DNA of 49,465 bases. It comes from an uncultured Parcubacteria group bacterium (GTDB lineage Bacteria > Patescibacteriota > Minisyncoccia > UBA6257 > 2-01-FULL-56-20). This document shows positions 34,663 through 43,262 of this stretch, in pieces; the stretch's first letter is position 1; every line of letters starts with the position of its first letter. The stretch is taken from NCBI GenBank assembly GCA_903944135.1, contig CAJAQL010000005.1, positions 1-49,465 on the forward strand, given 5' to 3'. Made by a program: the position numbers and the translations under genes. Under the pieces are notes generated by a model. The model was not told where the DNA came from. It did not search any database and saw nothing but the letters and a program-made list of their open reading frames with translations.

Positions 34663-35952
34663 ATGTCTGCGACGATGTTACAAGGCATTTTTCAGGGCGT
34701 CCTGCAGAGCGTTCTTGTTGCGTGGAGCGAGGTATGGTGGATCGTCCTGCCGCTCGTCACCTTTTTTATTTTCTGGGATTTTTGGCTGGTCTATCTCCAT
34801 ATCCGGTTCGTGAAGGCGATTTCCTGGAAACTGCTTGAGGTCAAAATTCCTAAAAACGTCCTGAAAACGCCAAAGGCGATGGAGCAGATCTTCGCCGCGG
34901 CGCACGCCCCGTATTCCTACGGGATTTTGAAGTTCGATAAATACTGGAAAGGGAAAGAAGAATCATGGATGGCGTTCGAGCTGATCGCCCGCGCCGGCGA
35001 AAGCCATTTCTATATGCGATTGCCGAAAGAAATGCGTCACAATATGGAGGCCGCCGTCTACGGCCAGTATCCGGAAGCCGAGATCATGGAAGTTGATGAT
35101 TATCTCGATCATTTCCCCGAAGTTCTTCCTAATCAGGAGATAGATGTTTCGGGTTTCGAAGAAATTCTGCGCCACGAGAATTATCTCCCGATCCGGACCT
35201 ATCTCGAGTTCGAAGATCCGACCGAGGAACGGCGGCTCGACACGATTGCTCCGATCATGGAGATCATGGCGAAGCTCAGGGACGATGAGCAGTTATGGTA
35301 TCAATTGGTCGTCCGGCCAACCGGCGAAGATTTCAAAAAAGAAGGGGAGAAAAAAATAAATCAGATCATCGGTACGGAATCAAAGAACAAGTCGGGCGGT
35401 CTTTTTGCTGACTTCGGTCTTGGCGTCACGCTTGGCGAAGTGGTGCGCGCCCCTTTCGAACATCCTGGTTCCGCGGTGAAGAAGAAGGAAGAGGCGGCAA
35501 AGACGATGCGTTTCTTGATCACGCCAGGCGAGAAGGACATGACCGAGGCCATCGAAGAAAAGATATCGAAGATCGCATTCGAGGCGACGCCGCGCTTTCT
35601 TTATGTCACAAAACAGGGGAGTCCCGATCCAGGCGTGATCGCGGCAATTCATGGATTTATACGCCAGTTCAGCACGCAAAACTTGAATTCCTTGAGACCC
35701 GATGGCGCGACGACGACAGCGTCGTATTCCGTGCGCGGTATGTTCAAGGATACCCGCATCAGATGGCGAAAGCGCGCGATCTACGAAAGTTACCGCCACA
35801 TTTCTCCGGGTGAAAAAAAATCAGTTTTGAACATCGAAGAACTTGCCAGCATCTATCACTTCCCGAGTGCGGCGGTCTCGACGACCGAACTTGAAAAGAT
35901 CCCGTCGCGCAGAGGCAGTCCGCCGTCGGGCATTCCGACCATAGAAGATTAA
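34663..35952 (+). CDS. hypothetical membrane protein (N-terminal TM pair, large soluble domain)
   Basis: SVLVAWSEVWWIVLPLVTFFIFWDFWLVYL, then about 370 aa without a recognisable motif. It lies immediately upstream of the TraD-like ATPase. Confidence 0.6.
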   Translation: MSATMLQGIFQGVLQSVLVAWSEVWWIVLPLVTFFIFWDFWLVYLHIRFVKAISWKLLEVKIPKNVLKTPKAMEQIFAAAHAPYSYGILKFDKYWKGKEESWMAFELIARAGESHFYMRLPKEMRHNMEAAVYGQYPEAEIMEVDDYLDHFPEVLPNQEIDVSGFEEILRHENYLPIRTYLEFEDPTEERRLDTIAPIMEIMAKLRDDEQLWYQLVVRPTGEDFKKEGEKKINQIIGTESKNKSGGLFADFGLGVTLGEVVRAPFEHPGSAVKKKEEAAKTMRFLITPGEKDMTEAIEEKISKIAFEATPRFLYVTKQGSPDPGVIAAIHGFIRQFSTQNLNSLRPDGATTTASYSVRGMFKDTRIRWRKRAIYESYRHISPGEKKSVLNIEELASIYHFPSAAVSTTELEKIPSRRGSPPSGIPTIED

Positions 35953-35953
35953 T

Positions 35954-36031
35954 CGTCATGTCGAGCCACGCGAGACATCTCGAAGAATAGTAATTATTTC
36001 ACGAGATTCCTCGTACGGCTTGGAATGACGG
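35954..36031. repeat. type III-like repeat units
   Basis: CGTCATGTCGAGCCACGCGAGACATC and GATTCCTCGTACGGCTTGGAATGACGG. Confidence 0.65.
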
Positions 36032-36059
36032 GGGCAATGGGAGTCGGGACGCGATTTTG

Positions 36060-36068
36060 TGTTATCAT
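36060..36068 (+). promoter_or_regulatory. extended -10 box 7 nt upstream of ATG 36076
   Basis: TGtTATCAT, tattcat, ATG. Confidence 0.45.
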
Positions 36069-36075
36069 TATTCAT

Positions 36076-38103
36076 ATGATGGACGACGACATGCAGGATC
36101 TTACCCCGCTCGGGGTTTATAATTTCCGCCATCAACAGAAGAAATTCGGCATCAAGCTCGACGACCGCCGCCGGCATATTTATGTTATCGGAAAGACCGG
36201 CGTCGGGAAGACGACGCTTCTCGAGAATATGGCGATCGCCGATATGCGATCAGGCAAGGGGCTTGCGTTCGTCGATCCGCACGGCGAATCAGCGGAAAAG
36301 CTGCTCGACTTCGTGCCGGAGAACCGCCTGGACGATGTGATCTATTTCGATCCATCTGATATGGAATTTCCGATCGCGTTCAATCCGATGGAGCAGGTCG
36401 GTACCGAGTACCGGCATTTGGTGGCGTCGGGGCTCATGGGAGTGTTCAAAAAGATCTGGGCCGACGCGTGGTCGGCGCGCATGCAATATATTTTGAACAA
36501 CACCCTGCTCGCACTCCTTGAAAATCCCGGCGCGACGCTTTTGGGGATCCTTCGCATGTTCTCGAACCAGGATTATCGGAAACAGGTCGTGGACAATCTG
36601 AAGGACCCGGTCATCAAAGCATTCTGGCAGGATGAATTTTCAAAATACAGCCAGCGATTCGAGACCGAAGCCTTGGCTGCAATTCAGAACAAAGTCGGCC
36701 AGTTCGTTTCGAATCCGCTGGTCAGGAACATTCTTGGCCAGCCTCATTCGTCGCTCAACATGCGCGACATCATGGATTCTGGGAAGATATTCATCTGCAA
36801 TCTCTCCAAAGGGAAGATCGGCGAGGATAATTCCGCGCTTCTCGGCGCCATGATCATCACGCGCATGCAGCTTGCCGCAATGTCGCGCGTCGATACGCCC
36901 GAGGACAAGCGCCGCGATTTTTTCCTGTACGTCGATGAATTCCAGAACTTCGCGACGGAATCCTTTGCGAACATCTTGTCTGAAGCTCGCAAGTACCGCC
37001 TGAGCCTGGTTCTCGCGCACCAGTATATCGGCCAGCTGATGACGGGCGACAGCACGTCGGTTCGCGATGCCGTGTTCGGCAATGTGGGTACGATCATTTC
37101 GTTCCGTGTGGGTGCAGCGGATGCTGAATATCTGGAACAGGAATTTATGCCGGAATTCCTGCAGAACGATTTCGTTAATCTATCGAAAGCGAATGTTTAT
37201 ATCAAACTGATGATCGACGGCGTCTCTTCGCGCCCGTTTTCCGCGGAGACCTTGCCGCCGCAGAAGATACCGCTCGAATCCTATCGCGATGTGATCATAA
37301 AAAATTCCCGCGAGCATTACGGTACGCCGAAGAGCGTCGTTGAAACGCAGATCGCGAGCGAATGGCGCTCCGGTCCGGGCAATGTATCCGCAACAAGACC
37401 CGAACGGCAGCAAGAGAAGCGATTGTCCGAGGTGCTCGGTCCCGGCGCCCGCCAAAGAAAAGCGTCCGATGTGCGCAATGTCCGCGACGTGGAGCCTCGA
37501 CCCACGGTGGCGTTGAGGGCAGCGGTCCCGGTCGTTCAGACGGAGAAAGATCCGGTGCCGGAAAAAACCGCAGGGGATGATCCTCGTGCCAATATCGATC
37601 AGCCTTCCAAAAAAGTCATGCATCCGAACGTCGACATCGACGCCCTGAAGCAAGCCATCCATCATTCGCTAGAAGCTCGTTCAAAGAACACGGGATCTGT
37701 TTCCGCGCAAACGGCAACAGGAAGTGCTCGCGCGGAAAACACCCGTATCGTCCGAGTTCCCGTAAGCGAAACGCCCCCCGAAGAACCAGGACAGAAAAAA
37801 GAAGAGGAACTTCAGGGCGGTATGATGCATCTTTCCGATCTTTCAAAATTGCCGCCAAAAGAAAAACATGGCATCGTTACGCATAACGATGACCGCGAAA
37901 AGGGTGACCACGAAGAAGAGACTGATACCAATCAGAGCCATGATGCCAAGTCCGCAGCTATTGCATCGTCCGAAGACGAAGACCCGAATGCTTCGAATGA
38001 TGCATCACGCACGACTCAACAAAACAATTCCGGTTCAAAGATCGACATCAGCGCACTGAGAGAAGCAATTGGTGAAATCCAGAAGAAACGGCATGCCAAG
38101 TGA
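36076..38103 (+). CDS. TraD/VirD4/TrwB-like coupling-protein-type ATPase, no TM anchor, about 230 aa disordered C-terminal tail
   Basis: Walker A IGKTGVGKTT, FVDPHGE, Walker B-like FFLYVDEFQNF, ARKYRLSLVLAHQ. The tail is rich in E/K/S/T/P with two (V/I)DIxALxxAI motifs. Confidence 0.7.
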   Translation: MMDDDMQDLTPLGVYNFRHQQKKFGIKLDDRRRHIYVIGKTGVGKTTLLENMAIADMRSGKGLAFVDPHGESAEKLLDFVPENRLDDVIYFDPSDMEFPIAFNPMEQVGTEYRHLVASGLMGVFKKIWADAWSARMQYILNNTLLALLENPGATLLGILRMFSNQDYRKQVVDNLKDPVIKAFWQDEFSKYSQRFETEALAAIQNKVGQFVSNPLVRNILGQPHSSLNMRDIMDSGKIFICNLSKGKIGEDNSALLGAMIITRMQLAAMSRVDTPEDKRRDFFLYVDEFQNFATESFANILSEARKYRLSLVLAHQYIGQLMTGDSTSVRDAVFGNVGTIISFRVGAADAEYLEQEFMPEFLQNDFVNLSKANVYIKLMIDGVSSRPFSAETLPPQKIPLESYRDVIIKNSREHYGTPKSVVETQIASEWRSGPGNVSATRPERQQEKRLSEVLGPGARQRKASDVRNVRDVEPRPTVALRAAVPVVQTEKDPVPEKTAGDDPRANIDQPSKKVMHPNVDIDALKQAIHHSLEARSKNTGSVSAQTATGSARAENTRIVRVPVSETPPEEPGQKKEEELQGGMMHLSDLSKLPPKEKHGIVTHNDDREKGDHEEETDTNQSHDAKSAAIASSEDEDPNASNDASRTTQQNNSGSKIDISALREAIGEIQKKRHAK

Positions 38104-38119
38104 TTTTATGTCGAATGAT

Positions 38120-38205
38120 CTGTCATTCCGAGCCTGCGAGGAATCTTTGTTCCCGTTCCCGTGCCTGTGCCTGCCTATGCAGGTATAGGCTCCGGCGGGG
38201 ATCCG
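38120..38205. repeat. type III unit plus degenerate GC-rich repeat
   Basis: CTGTCATTCCGAGCCTGCGAGGAATC ... GGCTCCGGCGGGGATCCGGG. Confidence 0.7.
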
Positions 38206-38225
38206 GGTTTTTTTAAAACTATTTC

Positions 38226-38984
38226 ATGCAGTTTCATGTCATAACCATTTTCCCTGATATTTTCGATTCGTATATCCGCGAATCGCTTTTTAAGCGCGCG
38301 ACGGAGAATAAAATCGTTTCGGTGAATTCCTACAATCTCCGCGATTTCACGGAAGAGCGGCACCGCAAGGTAGACGATCGGCCGTTCGGCGGCGGACCGG
38401 GAATGGTTTTGCAGATCCAGCCGGTCTATGATGCCGTGAAATCTATCAAGCAAAAAGCGGCGAAACGGAAGAAAAAAAGAAAAGTGCGAACAATCCTGTT
38501 TTCGACGCGCGGCAAGAAGCTCGATGCAAAAGAAGCGAAACGATTATCGAAATACGACGATCTCATTTTGATCTGCGGCCGCTACGAAGGCGTGGACGAG
38601 CGCGTAGCGGAACATGTGGCGGATGAGGAAATCTCGATCGGGGATTACATCCTTTCCGGCGGTGAACTGCCTGCCATGGTGCTTATGGAATCCGTGAGCC
38701 GCTTCATTCCCGGATTTCTTGGGAAAGAAGAGTCTCTCGAAGAAACGAACGGTTCATTCCCGACCTATTCCCGTCCCGAAGTCTTTTATCCTTCTTCGTC
38801 ACGCGTGGCGACGCACCTGTCGCCCTCGTCCTTCGGAATGCCTCAGGGTAAACTCCGGCGAGGATCCGTGCTTTCCTCGTTATCTTCGAACAAGAGAAAA
38901 ACAACCGGTTGGCCTGTTCCCAAGATCCTCCTTTCCGGCGACCACAAAAAGATCGCCAAATGGAGAAAACAACAGTCTGACTAA
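38226..38984 (+). CDS. trmD: tRNA (guanine37-N1)-methyltransferase with a 40-aa insertion in the interdomain linker
   Basis: FDVITIFP-like MQFHVITIFPDIF, DDRPFGGGPGMVL, ICGRYEGVDERV, SIGDYILSGGELPAMV, YSRPEVF ... VPKILLSGDHKKIAKWR. Confidence 0.9.
   Translation: MQFHVITIFPDIFDSYIRESLFKRATENKIVSVNSYNLRDFTEERHRKVDDRPFGGGPGMVLQIQPVYDAVKSIKQKAAKRKKKRKVRTILFSTRGKKLDAKEAKRLSKYDDLILICGRYEGVDERVAEHVADEEISIGDYILSGGELPAMVLMESVSRFIPGFLGKEESLEETNGSFPTYSRPEVFYPSSSRVATHLSPSSFGMPQGKLRRGSVLSSLSSNKRKTTGWPVPKILLSGDHKKIAKWRKQQSD
38787..38906 (+). repeat. repeat-family sequence inserted in frame within trmD
   Basis: CTGTCGCCCTCGTCCTTCGGAATGCCTCAGGGTAAACTCCGGCGAGGATCCGTGCTTTCC closely parallels the intergenic copy at 10489-10556. 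Confidence 0.7.
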
Positions 38985-38988
38985 GATT

Positions 38989-39558
38989 ATGCAGAAGGAA
39001 ATAGAAACAAGATTTCTTGATATAGACAAGGATGACCTCGTGAGGAAGCTTACTTTACTTGGCGCTATCGATCGGGGCGAAGAAAAATTGGCGGAAATCA
39101 TTTTTCATGCCGCAGACATGTCGTGGGCCGGGAAGAATAAATTCGTGCGACTCCGCAAAACGAAAGAGAAGATAAAGCTGACATATAAAGAAAATAGAGG
39201 GCAAACCGTGGATAGTGCGCAGGAGATTGAGTTTGATGTCTCGGACATCGATCAATGTTCCGAGTTGTTGCATGTGGTCGGCTTGGAGCCGATACGACAC
39301 CTCGAAAAATATCGGCACACCTTTAAGCTTGGCGATGTGACGATTGATATTGATTCCTGGCCAAAAATTCCCGCTTACGTGGAACTGGAAGGACCATCGG
39401 TGGAATCTCTTGAAGAAGCTTGCGGCAAATTGGATATGGATTGGGAAAAAAGATTCGACAGTGATGCGCGGGAAGTATTCCGGCGTTACGGTTATGACTT
39501 AGATAATATTACGGTGATTACATTCAGTGAGCTTAAGTATAGAGATTCGGCTATTTAA
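38989..39558 (+). CDS. CYTH-domain protein (class IV adenylyl cyclase / triphosphatase family)
   Basis: N-terminal EIETRFL (ExExK-like motif), VRLRKTKEKIKLTYK, IDIDSWPKIPAYVELEG. The ORF upstream of 38989 is an alternative frame of trmD. Confidence 0.7.
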   Translation: MQKEIETRFLDIDKDDLVRKLTLLGAIDRGEEKLAEIIFHAADMSWAGKNKFVRLRKTKEKIKLTYKENRGQTVDSAQEIEFDVSDIDQCSELLHVVGLEPIRHLEKYRHTFKLGDVTIDIDSWPKIPAYVELEGPSVESLEEACGKLDMDWEKRFDSDAREVFRRYGYDLDNITVITFSELKYRDSAI

Positions 39559-39593
39559 CCTGAATTTAATCTTCATTCTGCCATGCTTTTATC

Positions 39594-41102
39594 ATGGTAG
39601 ATTTTTTTATCAGTGATTTAGTCTGCGCCATGGCGGCGGGTTTACTTGTCGGGATGCTGACTGTTGGTTTCAAGTGGAATATCGCGGCAATTTCTTTTTG
39701 TGTCGTGCTTGTTGCACCGGCGTTAAAATATTTTTGGTCGAAATCATGGAAAACATCGGTTATTTTCACGCTGATAGTTTTCTTTTCGATTCTGGCTGGC
39801 GGATATTATTTTCATCTTTTTGTGAATCTGCGGGCGGCTGGACAGCGATTGCCGGATGGGAAGAATTTTTTCGACGCAGTCGTTGTGAGCGAACCTGCGG
39901 CGTCGGAAAAATATCTTTCGTTCTCTGCGGAGCTTCAGCCGCCGTTCGCGGGAAAGGTTTTGATGTTTGCGCCGCCGGAAAGCGAGATTCGCTACGGCGA
40001 TCTTGTAGAAGTTTCAGGGACGTTTGCGGCAGGGGACACAAATGCCGCGCCCACGATCTTTTTGAAAAAAATATCCGTCGTTTCGGAAGGGCATGGATCA
40101 TGGCTTATCGCGAAGCTTGGCGATTTTAAAAGAGCAATTTTGCAGATATTTTCTCGTGCATTGCCGCAGGATGATGCGGCGCTTCTCGGTGGCATGACTT
40201 TAGGCGGGACGGCGGGCATGAGCGTGGCATTAAAGAACGATATGACCGAGTCGGAAACGCTTTACGTAACGTCGATGTACGGCTGGAAGATCGCGATGAT
40301 CGTTATGATGATCGAAACGCTGCTTGCCGGTTTTCTGCCGCGCCGGATCAGATTTTGCGTGAGCGCTTTCCTGATCGTTCTCTTTGTTCTGATGTCGGGC
40401 GGCAACGTTTCCGCGGTGCGCGGCGGCGTGATGGCGTATCTTCTCATGTTCGCCAAAGAAACAGGATCGGTATTTTCACGCAGGAACACGCTTCTTTTTG
40501 CCGCGGCCGGCATGGCGCTCTTCGATCCGACGATCGTCGCGCAAGCGGCATTTCTTTTGTCGTTTTTAAGCGTTGCCGGCATGGTGTTCCTTTCGGGGCC
40601 GATCCGAATATCTTTGCATCTTGGCGAAGGAAAAGGAGTTTTCGAATGGAAGAACGCGATTATCGTGAGCGTGGCATCTTTAGTGCCAATCGTGCCGCTC
40701 GTGAGCGCCATCTTCGGATCGTTTTCACTGACGGCCGTTTTTGCAAATATTCTGATCGCGCCAACGATTCCAATCGGCATGGGCGCGGGCATGGCGCTCG
40801 CCATCGCGGGATGTATTTCTCAGTATGCTGCATTTTTCATCGGGCGCGGCGTGGAGATATTTCTTTTCTATGCCCTCTGGGTCATCCATTTCTTTGCGGC
40901 GCACGTCGTACTTCTGCCATTTTCATTTTCCGGCATGATGCCGTTTGTGATCTATTATGCCGCGGTCGGATTTTTTGCGTACGCGTATCGCGAGGATGCA
41001 GTGCATCAAAAATGTCATTCCGTCTGCCCGCCGGGTCTTTGGCGAAAAAGGGAGCCTTGCGAGGAATCTATTTCAAACTGCATTCTCGAAAAAGAGAACT
41101 GA
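39594..41102 (+). CDS. comEC: ComEC/Rec2 DNA-uptake channel (DUF4131-like plus competence domain), lacking the MBL domain
   Basis: Polytopic membrane protein with GDLVEVSGTF (OB-like segment), LLGGMTLGG, and SGGNVSAVRGGVMAYLL, typical of the competence domain. Confidence 0.75.
   Translation: MVDFFISDLVCAMAAGLLVGMLTVGFKWNIAAISFCVVLVAPALKYFWSKSWKTSVIFTLIVFFSILAGGYYFHLFVNLRAAGQRLPDGKNFFDAVVVSEPAASEKYLSFSAELQPPFAGKVLMFAPPESEIRYGDLVEVSGTFAAGDTNAAPTIFLKKISVVSEGHGSWLIAKLGDFKRAILQIFSRALPQDDAALLGGMTLGGTAGMSVALKNDMTESETLYVTSMYGWKIAMIVMMIETLLAGFLPRRIRFCVSAFLIVLFVLMSGGNVSAVRGGVMAYLLMFAKETGSVFSRRNTLLFAAAGMALFDPTIVAQAAFLLSFLSVAGMVFLSGPIRISLHLGEGKGVFEWKNAIIVSVASLVPIVPLVSAIFGSFSLTAVFANILIAPTIPIGMGAGMALAIAGCISQYAAFFIGRGVEIFLFYALWVIHFFAAHVVLLPFSFSGMMPFVIYYAAVGFFAYAYREDAVHQKCHSVCPPGLWRKREPCEESISNCILEKEN
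41013..41068 (+). repeat. type III repeat forming the 3' coding end of comEC
   Basis: TGTCATTCCG...GCGAGGAATC (compare 38120-38145), with about 30 nt between the arms. Confidence 0.5.
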
Positions 41103-41108
41103 AATTCA

Positions 41109-41984
41109 ATGAATCAAAATCTCAAAAGATCAAACAAGCTTTTTCTTGTCGTTATGACTGCGTTTTTTGCATTTGATGTTTTCTGTTGGTATTCGATCTT
41201 CTCGAATGTACCCAATGCGTCGGCGCGCGCATATTTTTTGGATGTCGGACAGGGCGACAGCGAGCTCATGGTCTTTCCCGGTGGCGTCACCATGATGACG
41301 GATGCGGGTCCGACGGACGCCGTGCTTGGCGGTTTGGAAAAGGCATTGCCGGGGAAAAAATATATCGATCTCGCGCTCATCACACATCCGCAGCTCGACC
41401 ATTTCAACGGTTATAACTTCATTCTTGACCATTATGAAGTTGGCGCGTTCCTTTATAACGGGCGCGACGATACGGGTGTTGCGGAATGGACCGCGCTGAA
41501 AGAAAAGATCGCGGAGAAGCACATTCCCTTCATCACGCTCGGTGCGGGGGACCGTGTTCATTCGGGAAAAGACGAGGTTGATATCCTTTCCCCTGATCGC
41601 GAGTTCGGCGAAAGCGCGGAGCTGAACGATACCGGCCTTGTCGAGATGATAAAAACAGGGAATTTCCGCGCGCTTTTTACGGCGGACATCGGTTTCAATA
41701 TTGAAGATTGGCTCATCGCAAATATAAAAGATCTGCGCGCCGACGTGCTTAAGGTGCCGCATCATGGATCGAAATATTCCTCGGGCGATGCGTTTCTCCG
41801 TGCCGTGAATCCTTTGATTGCCGTGATCGAGGTTGGCGCAAAGAACGTGTATGGCCATCCCGGCGCGGCTACCTTGGCGCGGCTGGCGTCTTCGACGCGC
41901 GCCGAGGTTTTCCGCACCGATAAGAACGGCACCGTGGGGGTCTCTTATGAAAATGGGAAATTGAAAGTTGAAAGAGAGAAATAA
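41109..41984 (+). CDS. membrane-anchored metallo-beta-lactamase domain protein (ComEC C-terminal domain as a separate gene)
   Basis: N-terminal TM, FLDVGQGDSELMVFPGG, ITHPQLDHFNG (HxHxDH), VPHHGSKYS. Confidence 0.85.
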   Translation: MNQNLKRSNKLFLVVMTAFFAFDVFCWYSIFSNVPNASARAYFLDVGQGDSELMVFPGGVTMMTDAGPTDAVLGGLEKALPGKKYIDLALITHPQLDHFNGYNFILDHYEVGAFLYNGRDDTGVAEWTALKEKIAEKHIPFITLGAGDRVHSGKDEVDILSPDREFGESAELNDTGLVEMIKTGNFRALFTADIGFNIEDWLIANIKDLRADVLKVPHHGSKYSSGDAFLRAVNPLIAVIEVGAKNVYGHPGAATLARLASSTRAEVFRTDKNGTVGVSYENGKLKVEREK

Positions 41985-42065
41985 AGCGATCGATTTTGAT
42001 ATTTTCCGCTGGCAACCATGGATTCATTCGATAGAGTAAGTCCGTTGTTGCCAGCGGCTGGAATA

Positions 42066-42081
42066 TTTTTGAGATAGGCTC
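42066..42081. repeat. single terminus of the CCTATCTCAAAAA family
   Basis: TTTTTGAGATAGGCTC, preceded by the hairpin CCGCTGGCAAC..GTTGCCAGCGG (42007-42058). Confidence 0.5.
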
Positions 42082-42118
42082 TAAGCTGGAAGTCGGCGAG
42101 CATGCGCCGGCCTATTTT

Positions 42119-42682
42119 ATGGATACGATCGTTTTCGATATAGAAACCCAGAATTTTTTCACCGACCCCGGCGTGGGAAGGGATAATTTTGGCGCCCTCA
42201 AGATATCGGTTGTCTGCGCATATTCATACGACAAAGATAAGTACTTCTCTTTTGAAGAGAACGAAATGCCGGCCGCAGCGGAACTTTTTTCCAGCGCCGG
42301 GCGAATCGTTGGTTTCAGCAGTAACCGTTATGATATCCCGGTGCTCAATAATTATTTTCAGCATCTGCGTCTGCCGATCGAAAATCTTTGGAAGAAAGAG
42401 CGCGTCGATCTTCTTGAGGAAGTCGAGCTTGCGACGGGCGATCGGGTCAGCTTGAGCCGGCTCGCCGAGGCGAACCTTGGCGAAAAGAAAGAACAGCACG
42501 GCGCCGAAGCTATTCAATTATATAAAGAGGGGAAAATGGATGAACTCAAAAAATATTGCCTGAACGACGTTCGGCTGACAAAAGAGATTTATGACCTCTA
42601 TCTGAAACAGCATTATCTTATGGTGCCGAGCAAGAAAACCGGAGATACGGTCAGGGTTGAATTCGCAAAGCCGATCATATGA
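42119..42682 (+). CDS. DEDD-type 3'-5' exonuclease (RNase H-like, PolB-exo/YprB-like)
   Basis: IVFDIETQN (Exo I), GFSSNRYDIPVLN (Exo II-like), YCLNDVRLTKEIY (Exo III-like). Confidence 0.6.
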   Translation: MDTIVFDIETQNFFTDPGVGRDNFGALKISVVCAYSYDKDKYFSFEENEMPAAAELFSSAGRIVGFSSNRYDIPVLNNYFQHLRLPIENLWKKERVDLLEEVELATGDRVSLSRLAEANLGEKKEQHGAEAIQLYKEGKMDELKKYCLNDVRLTKEIYDLYLKQHYLMVPSKKTGDTVRVEFAKPII

Positions 42683-42713
42683 AGATGTTGTGCGATGCAA
42701 AAATCCGCAACAC

Positions 42714-42743
42714 AAAACCGCATCTTTTGAAAGATGCGGTTTT
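42714..42743. terminator. bidirectional intrinsic terminator
   Basis: Perfect 13-bp stem AAAACCGCATCTT / AAGATGCGGTTTT with loop TTGA, between convergent genes. Confidence 0.75.
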
Positions 42744-42843
42744 GTAAACGAACCTTCCGTTGCGATCGGCGTGATTGCTCATCGGAACATTGTCGTCTCG
42801 CAAAGGTTCTTTGATGCTGCATCGTGCCGTTGGGCGTACTTCG

Positions 42844-43140
42844 CTATTGGTTGATCGACGCAGGATTTTGGTTCTGACCTCCTGATGGCGGTGTGCCGCT
42901 CGCATTGCCCGGCGGTATACCATTGCCATTCGTCGAAGAACTTATGTTCGCGGAAGGTGCCTGATCGGGAGGTATCTGGCTGGGAGGGATCTGCTGCTGG
43001 GTATTGCTTGCGTTGATATTGCTGTTCACTTCTCCCTGTTGCTGGCTCGGGCCGGAAGTCATTACGAAGAAGAGAACAATTGCCGCAATAATGATCACCA
43101 CAACTACAACTGCAGCGATTATGATGTATTTTTTTTGCAT
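42844..43140 (-). CDS. small membrane-anchored low-complexity (Gln/Pro/Asn/Ser-rich) protein
   Basis: MQKKYIIIAAVVVVVIIIAAIVLFFV anchor, then a low-complexity tail. Confidence 0.5.
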   Translation of the reverse strand: MQKKYIIIAAVVVVVIIIAAIVLFFVMTSGPSQQQGEVNSNINASNTQQQIPPSQIPPDQAPSANISSSTNGNGIPPGNASGTPPSGGQNQNPASINQ

Positions 43141-43262
43141 AAATCAAGAAAAAACAGCCTCGACCTTTTGCACCGAATGGAACCTATTTTTATTATACGA
43201 GACACCGTGCAAAAACGTTTCTTACTGATGGATCCAGAATGGAGCGTAGCAGGATTCCGGAC

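Noticed and set aside
38719-38988. The upstream 90 codons of ORF 38719-39558 as part of the CYTH protein
   Set aside because: This segment is an alternative frame of the trmD 3' end. The CYTH domain starts at MQKEIETRF (38989), 5 nt after the trmD stop.
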